Shown here: positions 1-12,845 of the stretch, one piece after another
Numbering within the stretch: position 1 is the stretch's first letter
Layout of the letters: each line of letters starts with the position of its first letter
Translations under genes and position numbers: made by a program
The notes under the pieces: generated by a model
Told to the model about the DNA's origin: nothing
Database searches by the model: none
What the model saw: the letters and a program-made list of their open reading frames with translations, nothing else
NCBI RefSeq assembly: GCF_009914755.1
Contig: NC_060927.1
Strand: one strand, 5' to 3'
Length of the DNA: 64,000 nucleotides
Source: the human T2T-CHM13v2.0 reference genome, Homo sapiens

Positions 1-349
1 GGGCTTTCGTTGCCAAGTGATGACTGCGGCCACTCTGATTTCCCGTGGACTTGGAGAAGGTTCAAGTCCGCAACTTGTTCGATAATTGCTTCTAGCAGGC
101 TTCTCCCTAAGCATCAAGGCCCTGGCTCGTCAGTGTTTTTTGCTGTCCAAAAAGATAAAAACAAAATTCAAACCACAGATCTAAGGAGGATTGGAACACC
201 ATGGACCTCTCTTAAATATGTTCCCTCTTTTTAAGGATATCTTCATATATGAAAGCTTATGATCTGTAGGGGAGATATTAGAAATATATCATACAAAGCA
301 GAGTGTCAGAAGGCTTGAAAGGGATAGAGAACTAACTTTTATTACCACG

Positions 350-594
350 AGACACTGCTGGGTTAGCAATTATTTTCCTCTCTCTCCTTAAAAACACAAT
401 CTCAATTTTGTTTATTGGGTGCATTCCCGTCCATAAAAAAAAAAAAAAATTCTGTATTTCCCAGTTTCTCTTGCAGTTAAATGTGGCCAGGGAATGAATT
501 TCTGATTAGTATGGTATAAGGAAGAGTGTTGTATGGGACTTCTGGGAAGACTCTTAAAGGGAAGGAAGTGTATTCTTTTTTTTTTTTTTGATTT

Positions 595-625
<31 letters not shown>

Positions 626-1290
626 TTATACTTTAAGTTTTAGGGTACATGTGCACATTGTGCAAGTTAGTTACATATGTATACATGTGACATGCTGGTG
701 CGCTGCACCCACTAACTCGTCATCTAGCATTAGGTATATCTCCCAATGCTATCCCTCCCCCCTCCCCCCACCCCACAACAGTCCCCAGAGTGTGATATTC
801 CCCTTTCTGTGTCCATGTGATCTCATTGTTCAATTCCCACCTATGAGTGAGAATATGCGGTGTTTGGTTTTTTGTTCTTGCGATAGTTTACTGAGAATGA
901 TGATTTCCAATTTCATCCATGTCCCTACAGAGGACATGAACTCATCATTTTTTATGGCTGCATAGTATTCCATGGTGTGTATGTGCCACATTTTCTTAAT
1001 CCAGTCTATCATTGTTGGACATTTGGGTTGTGTATTCTTATTTCTACCTTCCTCCTTGCTGTTGCCTGGGATGTCACTGGGAGGCAGGCACAAAAACAGT
1101 GGTTTTGGTTCATGAGTTGAGAGTGGTGGGACAGCAAGACAGCAGGGCCTGCATCCCTGCTGAATGGAGAGTCCAGGTAGCCTTGACTGTCAGCCTTCAC
1201 AGTGACCAACCAACCAATGAACGGCCAACCAACAAACAAAGAAATTCTTTTTCAGCCACTTTTACTTTCAAAATTTTATTTATAACATGA
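350..1290 (+). mobile_element. Old MLT1-type (ERVL-MaLR) LTR split by the L1PA2 insertion
   Basis: MLT1-like 'ttcccagtttctcttgcagttaaatgtggcc...gacttctgggaag' resumes after the L1 at about 1040; boundaries approximate. Confidence 0.5.
578..1030 (-). mobile_element. 5'-truncated L1PA2-like LINE-1 (ORF2 C-terminus, 3' UTR, A/TAAA tail)
   Basis: ORF2 end MIDWIKKMWHI...HRIFSLIGGN. 3' UTR reads GATGACGAGTTAG (GAG, not the L1HS ACA/ACG). TSD gtgtattctt at 568-577 and 1030-1039. Confidence 0.93.
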
Positions 1291-2510
1291 TCTCATTCTT
1301 ATAGATCAGTATATGTATATGTACAAATATCAGGCTAAATCCTGATTTTGCAGCGACTATGTAAGGAAGGATATATTATCTCTATATTATGGAAGAGGAA
1401 ACGGAGGTTCAGAGGTATTACATAGCTGATCTAATGACACTAAATTTTTGTGTTCAAAAATCTTCGAACACAAAAATGTCAGCAGTTCTAAAGGAAGAGT
1501 TAACTTCCAGCATAGTCAAAATTAAATAGTTTGTGCCACGAATCTATACTTGTATTAAGTATAGATTAAAGTATTAACTGGCTAAATCAGAAATTCCAGG
1601 TTAGATCCTGGAACTTACACACTTTTACCAGCACCATCGCTATACAATGTGGATATAAATATCTCCTTGTGTATCACTAGCTAAATCTCTTAATCTTTTT
1701 ATCCCCTTTAAAAATTAAGATTAAAAGCCTCTACCTACTATATTTGCTACTATGAGGACAAGTTGATTTAGCATTGTACAAAGCATTGATATCCATGGGA
1801 AATAATCTCTATTTAATTCATGTATATTATTGAATCAATTAAAAAATTTTTGAACACAAAAATGTCATGAGTTCCATATGAAGAGTTAACTTCTAGCATA
1901 GCCAAAATTAACTAGTTTGTGCCACAAGCCTGTAGTTGTTTAAACTGGCTTACAAAATCAAACTGCAAATCACTAATTAACCTCCTGTTCCAGAAATCTA
2001 TTCTGTGCAGCCTAGCATTTGGTTGGATTATGGTGAACCACTCAATTCACAATTTTATCTTGTCATCCTGCTGTGTCTGCCTTTTAATGAAGGCATCTTC
2101 GGCTAAATACTGGAGGAACTGCAGATTGTGCTGTTGTAACCAACTTGTCTAAATATACCTTTGGGGCTAAAATCTAAAAGCCGTTCAACCTGGTCATGTG
2201 CAATCTGATGCTGTGATATTTTAGAAAAGCAAATCCACATTTCTTGGCCTAAGGTTTTATTGTTTGTTTGTATTCCTTTCATTTCCAAAGTAATAATTTG
2301 GACTCTATGACTTCAATGGCTGAGACCACCTCAAAGATTCTGGGCTCCCTGTACAAAATGTGGCACTGATAAAGCTTAGTGGTTATATCCTAGAGTCAAA
2401 CAGAATGGCTCCCAATCCTGGCTATGTGACTTCAGGCAAATTAATTCCACTAAGTTTCTGTTTTTTCATTAGCTGCAGAAATATTTAAAAGTGATAATTC
2501 ACTTAGTGTT

Positions 2511-3079
2511 CTGTGTTAAGTTTCCTATTGCTGTTATAAATGACCACAAACCTGATGACCTAAAACAACATCAATTTGTTCTCTTACAGTTCTGGAGGTC
2601 AGAAGTTCAGTATAGGTCTCACTGTGCTAAAATCAACATTCAGAAGGGTTGCGTTCCTTCTGAATCTGGAATCATTTTGTACTCATTCAGGTTGTTGGTG
2701 GAATTCAGCCTCTTGTGGTCATGGAACCAAGGTCCCTGTTTTCTTTACTGCTGGCCCCTTCCCTCATCTTCACAGCCAGCAACACTCATCAGGGTCTTTC
2801 TCAGGCTTCAGGTCTCTCCTGCCTCTTCTGTGATTATCACAGCTCTCTGACCAATCCTTCTGCCTCCCTCTTCCTCTCTTAAGGGCTCAGATGATTACTT
2901 TGGGCCCACCCAGATACTCCAGGATAACCTCCTTATTTTAAAGTCAACTGCTAAGACTTTAGTTCCATCCTTAATTCTACCTTCAAATTTAATTACCTTT
3001 TGCCATGTAATATAACACAGTAACAGGTTTCTAGGATAAGGAGAGGGATGCTTTGGGGCCAATTATTCTGCTTATCACA
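2511..3079 (-). mobile_element. MLT1 (MLT1D-like) solo LTR
   Basis: Diagnostic 'ttctcttacagttctggaggtcagaag' and terminal 'gggccaattattctgcttatcaca'. Confidence 0.8.
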
Positions 3080-3174
3080 AGCTCTGAGCATAATCCCTGG
3101 CAATAAACACTCAATAAACTGTAATAATAAATAATAAATATATAGTAAATTTATAATAGATAAGCAGCAGTAAC

Positions 3175-3415
3175 AGCCAATACTTACGCTTACTTTCTGG
3201 CAGGTGTTTACCTAAGTGCTTTATTAATATTTATGTACTTCATCCACATAACAATTCTTGACATTAGGTGTGAACTATTATCACTCCCACTAACAAATAA
3301 GGGAATGAGGCACAGAAAGATTAGGTCACAGCACTGAGCAAGTAAAGGCAAAAATGAAGATTTGAATCCAGGTGGTCTAGCTCCAGAGTCTGTGCTTTTC
3401 ACTAAGACCATCCTG
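3175..3415 (-). mobile_element. MIR SINE
   Basis: MIR core 'gaggcacagaaagattaggt...gatttgaatccaggtggtctagctccagag'. Confidence 0.7.
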
Positions 3416-3892
3416 CTTCTTCATCTCAGTGTTATAATTACAGCCAGGAAATCAGGGATGCCTTTGCTTAAACTAAATACCAGTCATGCTAAATTATTTG
3501 AGTATAGGATAACAGCAATATTTGTATTTCTTTGGCATGTGCTGTTATTATACATCCTTCTCTTCTTTGTCCTGGGATGTGGATCTGCTTCTGGGATCAA
3601 CATTCCTTCATCATTCTGGTTGAGTCTTCCCAGCGATTCAGGAAGAAAATCCTTGTTAAGAGAAAGTACTCTATGTGGGAAGACCTTGGATATATTTTCT
3701 GTGTTTAGATTTCAAAAAACTGAATACTCTTACAAAGGTATTAAAGAACAAAAATACTACTATTTTAGTTCTTAAAGATCTCACATGCTACTGAAATGCT
3801 ATTTTGTTTCATTTCATATTTAAAACCTATGTTGACATCAGTATGGAAAGTGAGAGGAAAGTAAATGACCACTTTTCTGGACATCAAAATAC

Positions 3893-4043
3893 CTTTCATG
3901 CTCCTGCACGCTCACATCCCCCTTCTTCCAGGAAGAGAGTGCCCTTGGGGAGGCTCTGGGTTTACAATCCAAGCTGACCAGGCTGCCCACCTGCACCTGA
4001 ACCAACTTCTTCATTGGATTCTTTGAAAAATCTGGAGCAGAAG
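3893..4043 (-). CDS. CNTN3: Contactin-3 coding exon (N-terminal half of Ig5), 151 nt, phase 1-2
   Basis: cctttcag|CTTCTGCTCC...CATGAAAG|gtattt. Translates (A)SAPDFSKNPMKKLVQVQVGSLVSLDCKPRASPRALSSWKKGDVSVQEHE(R). Not in the ORF track. Confidence 0.96.
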
Positions 4044-5302
4044 CTGAAAGGCAAGAAAGGAGAGAAGGAGAAGTGGATCATTTACAAAACTTCTTGTCAA
4101 TTTCAAAGGTCCACTTTTACAGTTTTAAAAGTTTTCTTTACATTCAGGGTGTCAGTGCTTGATTTACTTGGCTTATTGTGTGCCACACACAGGATAATTC
4201 ATGTTATTATGTTTTCTAGCAAGTCTAAATCGTGAGACAATTACTTTATACAGAAATGTTTAGTTTATGGTGAAGATTCAAAGTAGCTCAATCATGTGTT
4301 TATTAAATGAAAGGAAAACATTTGGTATAGAACGTTTTTAAATGTTAGCTCCACGAAGACAGGAATAGGGTTGTCTCTCTTGCTAACCTTTAGGACATAG
4401 CACTTGGTACAGTGCCTAGCATTCAACAAAGCTCAGCAAAACTTTGAGAACAGAGGCTAAGCACTGAATTAATATTCTCATACATATGCATGTATCAAGT
4501 TCCACGATAAAATGTTTAAATTGTTAGGTTGAACTTCCAAACTGGGGAAAAATAATATTACGCACATATTATTTTAAATGCTATAATATTGCATGAAGTA
4601 TAATAATGTGTAGAAAATATTACATTTGCTAATAATACATGGGATGTTAATCCTGAAACAACACTTGAACATTTAAGATACATAATATTGTATCATTGGA
4701 ATGAAAGGGTATGTTAATAAAAAAAAAATCACTCTTCCTTTTGCTGCAAATGTGAAAAACATTAAAAACCTACTGCATTTCCCAAATAGCTAATGCTGTG
4801 TCTTATGGCAAATCCAAGTGAATACAATTTATTTATTTGATTAGTGGAAATCTTAGAGTGAATCATATTACGTAATTATACATGTGATTGTGGTAAAGAA
4901 AACATGGTATCCAGAGGTTGTTGGCCTTAAAAATTAAAAATCATAAAAGAGTGATTTTTGTTAAAACAAAAACTTGTTTATATTTGAATACAATCTTTTG
5001 TTTACGCACCTCGTATTTCTTCATACACAACAATCCCACACCATACATTGAGTAGGACTCCACCCATTTTAAAGATGGATAAACTATAGCTCATCAGCTT
5101 AATTTATTGCAATATAATTACAGTCTTTCAAGTTAAGACTTATATGCAAACTCCTCCCTCTTTTTGTCATAATATGCTACTTCTCTGTCATGGATAACAG
5201 CAGCCAGATTTTCAGTTGATCATCCCTCCAGGCATCATTCCTCCTGGTACAGATGATGCATTTCTAACTGCCAGGCACTAGAGATGAGAGAGCCCATTAA
5301 AG

Positions 5303-5528
5303 CAGGGTTTTTTCAATCACTCTTGACATATAACATTTTGGGGTGGATAATTATCTTTTGTGAGAAGCTATTTTGTGCACTGTAGGATATTTAGCAGCCT
5401 CTCTGTCCTTCACCCACAATATGCTAATACCACACACTGGTCCTCTACCTCTCCACACCAACCAAAAATATCTCCAGACATTTCTAAATTTCCCTCAGGG
5501 CAAAATTGTCCCTGGTTGAGAAACACTG
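5303..5528. mobile_element. MER20 (hAT-Charlie) DNA element
   Basis: 'gtgcactgtaggatatttagcagc...aaccaaaaatatctccagacatt...cctggttgagaaacactg'. Confidence 0.85.
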
Positions 5529-6469
5529 ACTTAAATCATGCAGGGCCTTATCACTTGCTGACCATATGGATTGGTTCAGAAACAAGTATTAACCCAAATC
5601 AGGCTATATGGGGCCAATGGCATGCAACACTTTGACTTCCCTTTGAGCAATTAAGACAGCCGTCTTTCTTCCACTGGAATGACTGTGGTAATACATTCAT
5701 TTTGTTGGGAAACATCATATAGAACCTGATAATAGTGATGATATTTGAACACTGGACCAAATTATGCTGAAATCCAAATTCTCCATTTTAATAACATGGA
5801 CTGATGAGCAAGCCCTCCTGCTCCTCTTCCCTTCCTCCTTTCCTTCCATTCATTTGTGCTATGCTACACTATGCCATGGTGTTTTGCTTGGATTTTCAAT
5901 CATTTGTAATGTAAATATTCTTCTGGACAATTGCTTTAAACATGATAGAACATCTTCTTTTTCTCCTATACCTAAAGTACAAGAAGAAGATCATCTATAA
6001 TTTCAAGCAGTGGAGCCTTGGACAATGAAAGCCTCAAGGTATCCAATGTGTCAAGCTTCTAACAGAGCCACTAAAGGCAAAGGCAACTCTTTTGAATCAA
6101 ATACGATTGATTCAAATTTTGGTATTTGCTATTACGGACCAGCAACGGGGAACACCAAAATCACTTATTCTCCTAAAAGGCTTTGCTTAGTTGGTAATAT
6201 TGGAGGTGGATAAGGATATCTTTTGCCAATATTTGATTCCTACTGTCGATTAACTTAACCCTTGGTCCTCAATTCTGGCCATAATTGCTGTTTTTCCTTA
6301 GAAACTGTTAAAAGGTATGCCTTGATTAGAAACTGAATGATCGTGTTGTAATACTGTAGATATTATTAGATGTAGGAACCTAATGTGAAAAGTAAATATT
6401 ACTGCTTCTGGAAACAATGAAGGATTTAAGACAAAAAATTAAGAGAAGAGCAGAGAAAATCAGCCTTAC

Positions 6470-6599
6470 CAACAACTTTGAGCTCAGCACTGGAATAAAC
6501 AAGGCCATGTTTGTTTTCTGCTATGCACTGGAACATGCCAGAATCAGTCACACTTAGGTTTGATATTGTAAGGGCACCATTTTCTATCTGTGTTCTCTC
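6470..6599 (-). CDS. CNTN3: Contactin-3 coding exon (C-terminal half of Ig4), 130 nt, phase 0-1
   Basis: atctag|GAGAGAACA...GTTGTTG|gtaagg. Translates ERTQIENGALTISNLSVTDSGMFQCIAENKHGLVYSSAELKVV. Not in the ORF track. Confidence 0.97.
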
Positions 6600-7568
6600 C
6601 TAGATGATAATAAAAATATCTTTCATATAAACAAACATACCACTTTAGAATAAAAATGAACTGACTATCATTTCACTCACACAGAAACTTTCTGCATTTT
6701 TCTGAGAGTATTAGACAGGATGGCCTGAAATTTAACCTTTTCCTTATTTTAAATGTGAAAGACTAATTTACACAATAGCTACACATTAGAAATATGAATT
6801 AGCATCCTTCAATCCAAAAGTATATCATAAAATAGATAACAAAGCAGAGGTAAAATATGCAACCATTTCACTTTTTCCCCTACAGTTAAAGTTTCTTAAA
6901 AAGGTACCGTGACTTTAAAACATGTTTTATGAGGTTGATTTTTATCCCATCAGTTGGAAATGTTTTCACTATGTCTTTTCAAATCATGCAAGTTAAAAAC
7001 ATTATCAAATCTGTGGATTAGAAAGGTTTCTGGGAAACACATATATTTACCAGAGTTTCTAGGTAGTATGAAAGGTTAGGTATGGAAACTGAAAGAACAC
7101 AATTGACTTAGTATACAAAAAAAGGGCAAAAATTACATGGCTTGAGAAGGAGAGTGATGGAGAAAATAAGTACTTACATAACAAGGTAACCAAGTAATAG
7201 ATACATTCATTCCCCAGAGGCCACACCAAGTTGTTAAACAGGAAAAGGAAATTATATCCTAAATTTGATTAAAGTAAGGCCTTCTCTAATTTCAATACCA
7301 AAAAAACGGTAGATTATTTTACAGACTAAATTCACACCATGACTTCTTCCCAGTGAAATGCCATGCTGAAAAGCTCTCCTCACTGGCAGACTGGGTACTT
7401 GATTTGATATTTTTCCTCCTGTACCACTGCTTAGAAGTAAAGGAAAGTGTGCAAACTCAACAGTTTATTTTGGGACTAGGGACTAAAGAAAGCATTTGCT
7501 AAACACCAAGTGAGGAAAGGGTGGATTTACCAGGCCTCTAAACCCATTTTAGGTCCATGTTACCTTAC

Positions 7569-7705
7569 CTCTAGCACCAGGGCTGCTCCATTTTTCAGCC
7601 ATCGGTAGGAAGGCTTGGGCTTGCCGCTTGCCCTGCATTCCCAATAAAGACTGTCCTCCACGGCTATTTCCACATCCTTTATGAGTTGAACCCAATGGGG
7701 CTTTG
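7569..7705 (-). CDS. CNTN3: Contactin-3 coding exon (N-terminal half of Ig4), 137 nt, phase 1-0
   Basis: tttctttcattgaag|CAAAGCCC...CTAGAG|gtaagg. Translates (A)KPHWVQLIKDVEIAVEDSLYWECRASGKPKPSYRWLKNGAALVLE. Confidence 0.97.
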
Positions 7706-8751
7706 CTTCAATGAAAGAAAAGGAAAAAGAAAAGAAATTTAAACCACCCAGCAAATAAAATGTATTTATTATTTTATTATCTTACCTGGATTAATAGAAA
7801 TGGACATGATAATGAGTAACAGATTGAAGTGAGAACAGAGGCTAGAATTATATTTTATTCACTAAGTATCTACTCATTGGCTGTATGAAACGTTTCTACA
7901 TTTGAGGATGGAAGTTGCAATCTGTTATTTCCTAAGGCAAATTAATTATGCTCTCTCTATTTTCAAAATTCTGAGCACTGTACTATATTATTTAGATATC
8001 TATTAGTAGACAGTAATACAGGTACACAAAACTGATTTTGTTTTCCAAGTGTATTTTTGAATCATGAGATCACAACTGATGATGACTTAATAAGTGAATG
8101 ACAGCATATATTGTTCTTAATTATGAACTAAAAATTAACATCCATAGGAGAGAAACTGCTACAGCCGAGGAAAAAATATTTTCCACAAGTTAGAAATAAC
8201 TTAATTAAATACAAACCAGTGAGCATCTTAAGAACCTCTGAGTGAATTAAGATCAAAGCAGGAAAAGATGGATAAGTTGGTTCAACTTGAATCATGTGAT
8301 TTTTTGCCAGAAAAAGAAGTAACTGATGCAACTTTAAATTATGTATGCAAATAAGTTCAATCAAATGGATTTATCATTTTCAACTTATGCTTTAGAGGGT
8401 ATTTGGAAAATTCATTTTACAGATGAAAGCATCGTACCACTTACAATGAAAGTCACTTACTATATACAGTATATCCAGCCAAGTCTCAGCTTGTGTTTTA
8501 AATCCAAAACTGGGAGGTGAGATGCCTTACTGGTTTCACATTGCATTATGCATGTGATGTGTACTGTGGGATTCACATTTGCATCCTCCATATGGAGAAA
8601 CAGTTTATCTATTTCTATTTAACTGCAACCATGGGAAGATTTGTCTTTCCATTTCTAGCTCATAAAATTACTTTTTTATAAATGAAACTGAAAAGAAACT
8701 ATGGTTATTTAGCTTTTACAGATAATGTATTCATCTAAGTTTTCTCTTTTA

Positions 8752-8762
8752 TGTGTGTGTGC

Positions 8763-8808
<46 letters not shown>
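8752..8808. repeat. Compound (TG)n(TA)n microsatellite
   Basis: Directly visible. Confidence 0.95.
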
Positions 8809-8809
<1 letters not shown>

Positions 8810-11189
8810 ACTTGCTCAGTATGAAGTGTAGTTCAGTACCAAATCACTTCTCTCTATATTAAAACACATTTTCTTCTTCTTTCAGGAATGATCAGCCTGA
8901 GATGGAACATGACTGTGAATAGACTCACACATCAGCCTCTTATAGAGACCCGAGTTTCTAAAAAAAAAAAAAAAATCCCACAAGCTTCCCATAGTAATAC
9001 TCTTCTTCTCCAAATGGGAGGATAATTCGCTGGACTAAAAAATCCTGAAATCATAACTGCCACATCAATTCTGATTTCTCCCTTTATTCCATCATATGAG
9101 ATGCAAATATTCTATAGACTATTTTTTACATGAAATATTAGAGCAGATAACCAGAGAACTGCATGGCCTCTACTTAATATATTGATGTTAAATAGAAATT
9201 GTAAGGCAACTTTCATGAAATGCTTTATGCCATTAATTTCTGATTTATTTTTTAGGTATGTATCATATTACCTACACAATGGACTAAAGCAATAGTCTAC
9301 CTCTTTTACTAAGTAGAGCAGACACTGTTGGTTTTCTATTGTGCATTCATTTCCTCTCTTCCTTATTCCTAAAATAACACCAATTTTTAATTCAGTTGTC
9401 CACTCTTCCATCACCTCACATTGTCTATAGAAACATGACATTATTCTCTGTTCCAAAGTGAAGCACTTAATTGTCTAATCTAATTTCTCCTTGCCACTGA
9501 TTGGTTTAGGAATGAACCATGTAGCCAGTGAGGTTTGAGGAGAGGACTTCTAGATGTTTTGGAGAAAGGAAGGATGAGTAACAACTGATGTGCTAGTCAC
9601 TGCTGGCAGCCATTTTGTGATCATAATGGAAACTAACATGCAGAAAAGGAAAAAAAAAATAGACAAGGGCAGAAAAAGTAATCACAAAGAAACTGGGTCG
9701 TGGCCTGATGATAAGGTAATTAAATGACAATTTAGCTTTGGATTTCCTCATCATATGAAGCATACAATTGTTTATTATGTATACAGGGTTTCTGTTATAT
9801 AGAGCTAAAAATATTTCTACTAAAACATTAATACAGTTGGAATATCCGGTGTGTTCCCATAATGGTCACTTCTTATCCTAGATCAAGTAGTGGTTGCGCA
9901 GAAAGAAGGAACTAAGCTAGAGTATGAGAAAAGGTTACTTGCTTTGTTGGGGCCTTAGAGCTGGACAGCCACATGGGTTAAGTGCTTGCTCCCTCACCCC
10001 CTATTTCCATAGAATCCTAGGAACCCAAAGACCTTGAAACCTGGGTAAGTTCTGTGCTATATACATTCTAAACTAATCAAGCAACAAGATGGGAGAGTTA
10101 CAAAACAGAATGACTCATGCTACCAAACAATGCCTCCATTTTGTTTCTGACAGATCCTAAAATCTTACAATATAATAACAAGTGTTAATCGTGCCAGAAG
10201 TAATGCACTGGTAGACTTCATATTTTTCAAGGCGGGGTGTCATAAGACCTACAATTTTAGTATTTGCCTTTGCAAACTTTTCTTCCTTGCAACATGCACA
10301 TATGCTATCCAAGGACGTGTTGCAAGATGTTTCAATTTCCAAATTCTAAAATAAATAGAATATAATGCAATTTACCTTTGACAAGAGTGGTCAATTCCCA
10401 CTAGTTTTGAGATGTTTCTAATGATTAAAGTGCAAATATATATTCACTGAGCTGAATATATACGTCTCCATATATTTTATAAGTCCGTTTTGAAAAATTA
10501 TATATTTATTCTAAGTCATGTTTTCATCAAAAACCTAGTTTTCTTAAAATAAGAGGTTTGAAAAAAATTTCAAAAAAAGGCAATCTAATTTTCCTACAAA
10601 TAGACTCTAAATAAAGGTGACATTATTATTCCTTCCTTACCCAAATTGAGCAGTACATCAAATAAAAGTGATTGCAAATTAAAGGCAGCAAACAGAGTAC
10701 AGATACATTATTGGAAGGGATAGAATAACACTGAAGAACTCAACAAAAGCCAGAGTTCACGTGGTTTGTTTAATACAGTAATTGCAACTTTTCCCAAAAG
10801 GCAGTTTTTTTTTTTTCTCTTTAGTAGAGGTAACAAAGAAAGATACAAAACCTGTTTTCTAGAGGAGAAGACAGACAGAAAAGAGATCTCTCTCTAATGT
10901 GTTTAAGTGTGTGAGAGGTTATTCTTAGGAAAAAAATATGAAATATTTTATCTTTGCATGAATCATTTTAAAATGCAAAATGAATATATTATGTCGCCAA
11001 CTTCATTACAAAAATTTATTTCTTTTTAATTCCCCCTATGATCAATGTTTATCATCACTTAACAAAATGTTTAACCAACAAGTTGAACATTGGGATTCTG
11101 CTATAATCTCTCACCCCTAAATAACAACCATATTTTATAGATGAGAAAGTAAAAGCTAAAACTCCAATTTGCCCAAAGCAGATGCTCAC

Positions 11190-11374
11190 CATAGTAAGTG
11201 AGACGCCCTCTGGCAACATTTTTTCCTCGTGAATTCTCAGCAATGCATTCATAGGAACCTGCATCTTCCTGTTGGAAGTTGGGGATTTCAAGCACACCAC
11301 TGAACTTCCTTAATTTAATTTTGCTGGAAAATGGCAGCCCATCACTTCTTCTCCAATTAATCTGAGGTATGGGA
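11190..11374 (-). CDS. CNTN3: Contactin-3 coding exon (C-terminal half of Ig3), 185 nt, phase 2-1
   Basis: tcttag|TCCCATACC...TACTATG|gtgagc. Translates [61 protein letters not shown]. Confidence 0.97.
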
Positions 11375-11889
11375 CTAAGAAGAAAATCGTCAAGTTGTCT
11401 GCTATTGTCTGGAAGCCTTTTCAACTTGAGAAAATAAAGCTTTTAAGATTGAACAAGAAGGCACAGGATTTTAAATGCAGAAAACCACTTTCAATGGTCA
11501 ATTATATAAACCTGATAAAAAAGATTTAACTTAACTCTTTAAGTTGATATTTTAATAAAATAAACTGCATTTTTCTTGACATGATTTCGAGAAAAAAGCC
11601 TAATACAGACCCACCATATTAGATTACAGCAAATGAACAAGAAAAAAAAAAACCCACCAATTTATTTTATGAAATTCGGCAGGCAGAGTAATTTTCTTCA
11701 AATCGACTTTGAATATTAAAGTTTCAAACTCAATTTTATATGTGCATTTCCCCTGCATTTTGTTTTTCCTTTGCCTCAAAATGAAAGTAAATTTTAGAAA
11801 ATAAAAAAGAAGAGTCTCTCAAAAACCATCCTGATTTCTTATAGCAACCTAATATTTCAGCACATAGGAGTAAATGTTATAAAACTTAC

Positions 11890-11992
11890 TTTCCAAGGGC
11901 AAAACATTCCAATTTCACAGTCGAACCTTTAGCTGCTGGAAGAGTTTCTGGAAACTGAACTTCTATTTTAGGTTCATATTCACCCATCACAC
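11890..11992 (-). CDS. CNTN3: Contactin-3 coding exon (N-terminal half of Ig3), 103 nt, phase 1-2
   Basis: atttatag|GTGTGATG...GGAAA|gtaagt. Translates (G)[33 protein letters not shown](N), in frame with both neighbours. Not in the ORF track. Confidence 0.97.
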
Positions 11993-12845
11993 CTATAAAT
12001 CCACAATATAAAGTTAATCGTTTCAATATTTCCTTTAGAATTGCCTCGTTTTTCTTAAATAAAACTTTCTTTTGCTCCCATTTTGAACCAGCTCTTCTAG
12101 TGATTTCAATTAAATAAAATTTAGTCTATGCAGCTCAGATTCCCTTTTAACAGCCATCAAGTTGTTGATGAAACAGATTTTTTCTTTAATAATTTTTTTA
12201 GTGGTGCTTTTTAGCCTCTAACAAAACATCCAGAGCTTTAAAAAACCTGAACTAACTTGGGTCAAACATGCAATATTAATAAACATTTAAGAACTTTGGA
12301 TTTGCTGATTCATAGGTTACCACGTACAGAGCAGTTCCAAGAAAACCACTGAGCCTTTACATTACACAAAATGGGAGGCTTTGAAATTGTGTATTCAATT
12401 TTGACATTGCTAGTCAAACTGAAATATATAATATATTATTGCTTCCTGAAATTTCCCTAAAGAACAAAAATTATGGCAGGGAATTTACTTAATGATACCC
12501 TAGTAGCAGAGATACCAATCTTAAACTTATTAAATGGCTCCCTGGAGTTAAGAAACAATGACTTAATAAATGGGAAAGGTCAAATTCAATTATAACTGAC
12601 TGGAAAAAAGTGCTTCAATGCTTTGTGGTCATAGCATTATGCTGTATCAGATATGGTTTTGTGTAAATGGGTCAACTACCCAGGCTTACGGATCTGCTTC
12701 CTCGGCAGCTCATAGACTCCCCTTAAACAGCCATCAAGGTGTTGATGAAACAGATATTTTTCTTTAATGGTTTCTTTAGTGATGATTTTTAGCCTATAAC
12801 AAAATATCCAGAGCTTTAAAAACCTCAAGCTGGCAAAAGTCAGGA

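Noticed and set aside
588-1093. 125-aa and 87-aa ORFs
   Set aside because: Antisense L1 3' UTR and the L1 ORF2 C-terminal remnant; not genes.
3362-3775. 137-aa hydrophobic ORF
   Set aside because: Starts in a MIR at a non-ATG codon, has no recognisable domain, and its hydrophobicity reflects T-richness.
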